Assembly: GCA_951406725.2 (NCBI GenBank)
Contig: OX597822.1
Span: 19,716,001-19,780,000, forward strand
DNA: 64,000 nt
Direction: 5' to 3'
Origin: Octopus vulgaris
Lineage: Eukaryota
The notes under the pieces were generated by a model, which saw only the letters and a program-made list of their open reading frames with translations, was not told the origin of the DNA and ran no database searches. The position numbers and the translations under genes are program-made. Every line of letters begins with the position of its first letter. Positions within the stretch are counted from its first letter, which is position 1. Positions 56,628-64,000 of this stretch are shown piece by piece.

Positions 56628-57230
56628 ACAATTTGATCCATTTCTAATGGGTCATTTGAAAACTTTTAGCAATCTTGGAAGTGGTAAGCATTACTTATCA
56701 CTACATCTACGAAGGAATTGTTCTGTCGAATGCAAAATATATGAATCATATTGTAGAAGAACTTAAAACTGCCACGTATTTCTCAGTTTCTGTACATTTA
56801 ACACTAGACTTCGCTTATGTTGATTAGCTAACAATTATTGTGCGTTATGCTGTTTCTGGGAAGCCGATAGAAAGGCTTTTAACTTTACTGCAGACTGGAT
56901 CCTCTAAAGCAGAAACACTAGCCACATCTGAGTTAGTATTTCTTAAGAAATAGGGTATAAAGTTTGAAGACTGTAGGGTGAGACCTATGACAATACCAGT
57001 AATATATCAGATCACAACACAGAACTCAAGGAAAAACAAATTGGCTGTAAATTTCGTTCTCTGTGCTGCTCATTCACTGAATCTTGTTGGACATGCTATT
57101 GTTTCTTGCTTCATACAAATAGTATGCACTTTTTTCCTGCGTTGACACACAAGTGGGCAAATTTAATGAAATCTTTGTTAGAAAATAACAGAGAACTAAC
57201 TTTGAAATCATTTTGCGAGGGAGGATGGTA
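56628..57230 (+). pseudogene. hAT (Tip100/ZMYM1-like) transposase relic
   Basis: QFDPFLMGHL, YFSVSV..TLDFAYVD*LTIIVRY, PIERLL, TYDNTSNIS and FVLCAAHSLNLVG. Confidence 0.75.
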
Positions 57231-57974
57231 TTTTGGATTCAGTTAAGATGTACTGTCAGTGACGTCCTTGGATTTATTCGTATGTTTTAACGTTTTTACT
57301 GATTTCTTTTTTAAAATCCATCTGTTTACGACCGGGAACTTATAGTAGTAGATATTTCCGAAATAACAACAAAGATAGCTAAAAAAAATTGGTGGCCATA
57401 AACAAATTCAATATCAAGTTGAGGAATAACACTGGCGACAGGGAGAGGTACTAAATCGCTATTATCAGAGAAATGTTTTTGCGAATGTAACACGAAAATA
57501 ATTACAACAAATTGGGAGGCTAACGATGATGAAAAATATAGAAAAAACAAAGAGAGAAAAGATAAGGTTTAATGGAAAAAAGAAAAATGAACAAGTCGTA
57601 TTCCAAAGTCGAAAGAAAGAAAAACAGTTTTTATCTGTGCAGTGATAAAAAGCGAAAGAAATTTTTTTAAAAATTAAAACAGTAAATCAAAACTAAAAAC
57701 TTTGGAAGCCAGTCTTACCTTTTTTTCGTATATATGACCAACGTACCAAATGACTACCGAGCTTTAGGGAGTGACAGTATATGTGAGTGCGTGCTTGTTT
57801 GTGGGTGAGCGTGTGCATGTATGTATGTATGTATGTATGTATGTATGTATGTATGTATGTATGTATGTATGTATGTATGTATGTATGTATGTGCGTTTTA
57901 ATCGCAAGTACAAAGACTTGAAGTTGACAGGTCATCGTAGGGACAAACAATTTCCGTCTATCTATCTATCTATC

Positions 57975-58054
<80 letters not shown>

Positions 58055-58063
58055 GTCTGTCTA

Positions 58064-58101
<38 letters not shown>

Positions 58102-58309
58102 CTATGTGCTCGATTTAAAGCTACATTTTGGCAGGTTGAGTATCTGGTGTCGCTAAAGTAGAGAAAATATGATAATTTTTTTTTAAAGATTTCTTTTATT
58201 AGATAGGGGAAAATCCTTTTCATGCAAGTTTTCTGGGAAGGAGGGTACCCGGGGCAATAACTCCTGCCCCCTATAAATCCGGCTATGATATACATATGTG
58301 TGTGTATGT

Positions 58310-58540
58310 TGTGATGTGAAAGGGGAAAAAGACGGAAGCAAAGAGAGAATTGTGGTAGTCTTACCTGTCGGTCTGGAAAGGATTGCTCACAACGTCCACG
58401 ACCTCTGTCTCGATCTGGAAGATACACTCAACGTCCACATGCTCTGTCCGTCGCCTTACTGTCTAACACGTCTGCTCTCCTGCGCTGTCATCCGCCAACT
58501 GACTGCTCGCATATCGCTGACCCCGTATGTCCCCTGCCGG
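58310..58540 (-). repeat. Truncated 3' LTR
   Basis: Direct repeat of 60520-60740 with many substitutions and an indel. Confidence 0.8.
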
Positions 58541-60519
58541 TAGTTTGTCACGTCCAGTTGTGTTCCACTGGAATACTTCCTGCCGCATGCACACCCGGAG
58601 CGGGGTCAATGGACTGGCACCTGTCGCAGCTACCAACTACTCTTTGCACACTCTGCCTGGTCATGTCACAGTTAACTTTCCTGGCTAGGAACAGGATCCT
58701 GTCCACTTCCATGTGATGCATGACATGCAGTTTCCTCAGCTCCGAGTCACTCAGTCGATACACTGCAGCCACTCCTTGCTCCAGATCCTCTGGCACCTGA
58801 AACCAAGCTTTCTTTACTCTGGTCAGGACGTCCGCTCTATTCCTCTCAGAGGGCACAAAAACCACACTCAGTCTCTGGTCAAACTCGGCAGCTATCTTGC
58901 CCAGAATTCCCAAACGGCGTTTTATCAGCATCTCTGCGCCTCCTTTTGTTCGCACCCTCCGCTCGCCGGTGACCACTGATCCCACCCATCTAAGTACAGT
59001 GGCCGAATCGGTCCGGATCTCGATGATACACAGCCCCTCCCCCCACTTCAGGGCCAGGTTCAGCCTCTACATAAGGCCAGGTTCAGCCCCTACCTCAGAG
59101 CCAGGTTCAGCCCCTTCAGTACGGCATCCAGTTCCGCCACGTTGATGTGGTTGCAGTCGTCTTTCTTCCCGAGCCAGGCCACATCCTCCACCACGACACC
59201 TTCAATTTCTCGGACAACTCCAGTTGCTATGCTGCTGGCATCACACCTTACGATCCCATTCTTCAATTTGGGTATATACCAGTTTCCTCTTACTGGGTCC
59301 TCCGCAGTCACCCTCTCCAAGACTTCTTGCATCATGGCGGTTGTCTTCTCACCCACGTTGTCACCCCACCTCACTCCTTCAGCTCGCCTCTTGATGAATC
59401 TGCATGCCGTCCGGAGCCATCCTGCAATCGGGTAGTGTCCCAGCAGCTTCCCCCACACAGAAAACAGTTCTCGCCTACTCGTCTTGGAGCCCAGTTCTGG
59501 GATTTCATTCCCTCTCCGAAAAAAACAAAGCACCGGCCTTGTCTCTCCGTAGCTTGAGTCCCAGTGCAGCTCCTCCTTCCATCGCATCCGGCGGTTTGGC
59601 AGTTAGCCCCAAACTCTTCTGCTGGCTTATGACCTCCCTTGCCAACACTATGCTCTCGTCCACCAGGATGTCATTAATATAGGAATTGGTGGCTCTTTTC
59701 ACTTTGTCTGCCTTTCCCGGGATGGCTTTGGGAATCCTCACCTTAATCTTCGGTGCTGAATTTAGCCCGAATCCCATCCTGGTCATGCAGTATGTCCGAC
59801 CTTTATACTTTACTAGCTGATATCTCCACAGTCTCTCAGCCACATGCAGTTGCAGGTATGCCGACTTCAAATGGACGTTTGTGGAGGCCCTGACACCGAA
59901 AACACTACCCTTTGAAGGGTCGCAAACGTTCCTTGTTTGACCCCTCTCCGCCGCTCTTTGACCCCCTTCTCGTTGTTGCAGTCGCTGCTAAAGGTGTCAT
60001 CCTGCAACACGAGACGATGGCTCTGGCCCGAGATATTACCTCTCTCATCGCCATAGAGTGAATATTCGGCAGGTTTTGCAGTTCGACCGACACGTGGTCA
60101 GGAAATCCTGTCACAAAGGCTAATTTAACCGTTTGTTCCACTGTGTCATCCCTGTATCTGGCCAATCTCCAGATTTCATTGGCAAACACATCGACCTGTT
60201 CACCCGTCCACTTCGCTTTCCCCAGTCGACCATATGCCATAAATGGCCCTTCTGTAAAAGCCTCCATCAGCCGGCCTTCTATTTTTTCTGCGCCCAACTG
60301 GTCCTTCTCCTCCATTTCCAGGTATAGCGCCAACGTCGATCCATCGAGGTACAACAGTATGAAACTTTGAAACTCGCTAGGTCATCTATACCTTGGAGTC
60401 TTGCCACCAACTTAATTTTTTGCAACCAAGCGGCGACGTCTCCCTCGCCGCAAAATGGCCTAACCCTCTCGTTCGAAACACGGACCATATCCATAATTTA
60501 TTTTTGAACCGAAATAGCT

Positions 60520-60829
60520 TGTGATGTGAAGGAGGAAAAAGACGGAAGTAAGGAGAGAATTGCTGTCGCTCTGGAAAGGGTCGCTCACAACGTCCACGTG
60601 CTCTGTCTCGATCTGGAAGATTCACTCAACGCCCACGTGCTCTGTTCGTCGCCGTACCGTCTAACAAGTCTACTCTCATGCACTGTCCGCCGCCAACTGA
60701 CTACTCTCGCCTCGCTAACACCGCATGCCCACCGCGGCCCTTCAGGTGGGACCCACAGGCTCCACTTCCAACAGGACATGCGCACTTCCTCACTTCCGGT
60801 CCTTCCCTACAACACACTGGCTCATAACA
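60520..60829 (-). repeat. 5' LTR (310 bp, TGT...ACA)
   Basis: Similar to the truncated 3' LTR at 58310-58540. Confidence 0.85.
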
Positions 60830-60831
60830 CC

Positions 60832-60887
<56 letters not shown>

Positions 60888-61411
60888 ATGTGTGTGTGTG
60901 TATACACACCCACCCACACCCACACCCACATATAGTGAGAGGGGGATAAAATACCCAGGCAGATAGATATATATACAAACATTCATATATAGACAAATGC
61001 ATATCAAATATACAATATAGCATAAACTCTTGAGTTATCAAAATTGTCTCTACTTCTCGAAGATGTATCATTATTATCGAAGGGCAATTAAGACCAACTC
61101 CATTTGAAGAAGGAAGATAATCTCAAGAATCGCCATGTGTAGCTGGCTCATGTAACAGTATACTTGTCTTGGATTCTAAAAGGGTAGCTGTTGTTCATTG
61201 CTCCAAAGTATCTACGTGGCTGTTTGCACCCTACGTTGCTGTTGTTGTTGGACAACACTAGATCTTCTCCGTAGACCACGACCTCAGTGGAGTTGTATTG
61301 GGCACTCACTACGAACCCTACATGAACAGCACTCTGTGTGTGTGTGTATGTATGTATGTATGTATGTATGTATGTATGTATGTATGTATGTATGTATGTA
61401 TGTATGTATGT

Positions 61412-61907
61412 ATGACACATGGGAGGGCATTGCTATTGATCGAAGCAGGTAGAGAAGGATTGTGCACGAGGGGACAGCTACTTTTGAAAAATCTCGAGTA
61501 TCGCATGAGAAAGTAAGGAGGGATGTCAGGAAGGGCATCGCTGTTACACTTCCAGATGGGCAGTGTCTTCCTATGATGCTGACATGCAGTGTCTGTGCAA
61601 GACCCTGCCTCAGTAAAGCTGGACTCAATAGTCATCTTCGTAGTCATAAAGCGAGACAAATGAGTGATAACCTGGCCACTGGTGGTGGTGTTACACACCA
61701 TACTAATAATATCAGTCAGGCATGTGGAAGAGAGTGTAATTCGGCAGGAGGACTTAAAGGACATGCAAAGGTACATGAAGCCCAGTTACAACTACAGCCG
61801 GCTATTGTAGATCTTTAGCTGGGCTAAAAAATCACATTCGATCACAGCACCAATAATAGTTAAACTTCGTACAATGGCCATACTCGATATCGAGGGGGAA
61901 GCCATCA
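61412..61907 (+). mobile_element. RTE-like LINE 3' fragment with two C2H2-like zinc fingers, inside (ATGT)n
   Basis: TWEGIAIDRSR*RRIVHEG, CSVCARPCLSKAGLNSHLRSH and a degenerate second finger SQACGRECNSAGGLKGHAKVH. Confidence 0.7.
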
Positions 61908-62167
61908 TGTATGTATGTATGCATGCATACATGCACATATATACGCAAGAATACATATACATAAATACATACACACATATATAATATGTATATTAGAGTA
62001 AGTAAACAAACGAAAGAAAATAGCACTCAACTCAACGGATAGAAATTATATGTATTTCTTAATGACGCTTTCACTCTGCTTCACGTCGTTGGCGTTTAGG
62101 AAATGGACGCGGTCTATGTGCCCACGACACAATAAGTCATGTGGAACTGAGTGAAACTGTCATTAAA

Positions 62168-62284
<117 letters not shown>

Positions 62285-62339
62285 GTCTGTCTGTCTATAT
62301 ACATGTGTGTATGTGTATACATACATACATACATACATA

Positions 62340-62413
<74 letters not shown>

Positions 62414-64000
62414 GTATATGTATATATAATCTTTTACTTGTATTAGTCACTGGCCTGCAGCTATGCTGGGACACACCTTGAAGGGTCTTAATCGAACAAA
62501 TCAACCTCAGTACTTCAGTCTGCTACTTATCCTATTAGATACTTTTGTGCTAATTTATGGGGCCGTAAACAAAACAGCACCTGTTGTCAAGTGGTGATAG
62601 GGAACAAACACAAATATAAAGGCACACATATACGCACACACAGGTGCACACACGACCTTCAGCATAGTTTCCGACTACCAAATTCCTTCATAAGGCACTG
62701 GTCCGCCGAGGCTATGGTAAAACACTCTTCTCCAAGGTGCCGCAGAGTAGGACTGAAGCCAAGACCAGTTGTAAAGCTTCTTAACTACAGAACTATGCCT
62801 GCGCCTGAAACTTCAAATTAAAAAGAAATTACTTTTGTCCTTGTCAGTGTTTGACCCTTTGACCATCGACAAAGCTCAAGTAGGACATAGTACTTGTTTA
62901 AGGTTTAGTCAGAAAAATATCAGCAGCTGGCATGATCTTTTGGACCATTTGTAGATCGTGGAAAAGGGTGGAAAGAAATAGGTGTCACAGATTGGTTGGG
63001 GCAGGAGAATCCCATTAGAAATAGAATTATTCCTCAGGCTGAAGAATTGGTCTTTGTTTTTGATAGAATGGACCTCACTAATGACACATAAGGACTTGAT
63101 GTATTGGTGGTGCTAAGTCGAGTGATTTTTAAGGCTTACAGTCACTCAAAGTATAAATACAGACTGCCGCCTTGTTTTGATCCGCCCAATGATATTCACA
63201 GTGATTTGGTCGACCCAAGACTATTGTTGAAAACGTTTGCCAAAGTTCCAGCGCAGAAGGCTCGAACCCCGAACTCCGAACCTCGAACCAAGTGGTTACA
63301 AAAGAAGCTTCAGTGAAGTGGTTCACAAATATAGGAATGTTATACCCATACCAAATACCGTAGATCACGTTGTAAAGTAGGCCATTCGACTTACAAGAAA
63401 CGGCTCATTCAACAACACGCTTCAATTACTTGCTAAAAAACGTTCGGTTTCCTCCCTTTCCCTATTCAACCGCATATACTCCCATGAACTAAGCAATTTT
63501 ATACGCTCTACACTGTAAAGTACCCGATCCAGTCATCTCCACTCATTCTATCATCCAGCTGTGTCTCACCTTCCATGTTCTGCATTAAACCCTACATTTA
63601 AACATTTTTCTTCAGAACTGCGAATCACTGGAAATTTTATTTCTTTTCACTGCGATATAAACTCAGATTAAGCGGTAAAAATATTTACATTTACTAAATG
63701 GAGTATAAAAAGTATGTGAATGGGATCGCATATTTCAATTCTATTTCTCAATAGGCGCAGGCGTGGCTATGTGGCAAAAAGTTTGCTTCTCAACCACATG
63801 GTTCCAGGTTCAGTCCCACTGCATAGCACCTTGGGCAGTTTCTTCTTCTACTGCCTCGGGTCAACCAAAGCTTGGATTTGGTAGACGGAAACTGAAAGAA
63901 GCCCATCGTACATACACACACATGTACATGTACATACATGTACATACATGTACACACATGTACACACATGTACATGTACACACATGTATATATCTATCCG

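Larger units (their letters stand above)
58310..60829 (-). mobile_element. Gypsy-type LTR retrotransposon, internally deleted
   Basis: Domain order gag, RT (MKSAYLQ, MGFGLNSAP, YINDIL), RNase H (CDASS, HINVAELDAV, NRADVLTR), integrase HHCC (HVMHH..CDRC). Protease and integrase core missing. Two LTR-like direct repeats. Confidence 0.88.

Overview
AT-rich, microsatellite-saturated eukaryotic DNA. The repeat families and SINEs suggest an octopus-like cephalopod (inference). No host protein-coding exon is recognisable; every credible coding stretch belongs to a transposable element. Elements found: three Penelope-like elements (PLEs; two with readable GIY-YIG ORFs lying tail-to-tail, one relic); two 5'-truncated R4/Dong-type RLE retrotransposons stacked in one (TAA)n array; an RTE LINE with a ~70-bp target duplication plus other RTE/RTE-X fragments; a deleted Gypsy-type LTR element; DD37D (maT), mariner and hAT relics; a non-autonomous Helitron; two GGATC-ended MITEs with 8-bp TSDs; and many tRNA-derived SINEs. 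The most interesting signal is RNA-structural. Several minimal type-I hammerhead-like folds, read by eye, carry three different Watson-Crick versions of the core 3-8 pair: canonical C3-G8, G3-C8 and U3-A8. They sit in small elements next to (TA)n tracts that often form fold-back palindromes, one with 268-bp arms. A ~305-bp near-identical inverted duplication brackets a 10.9-kb block and suggests a staggered-break inversion. All folds and clade calls are manual and need computational and biochemical confirmation.
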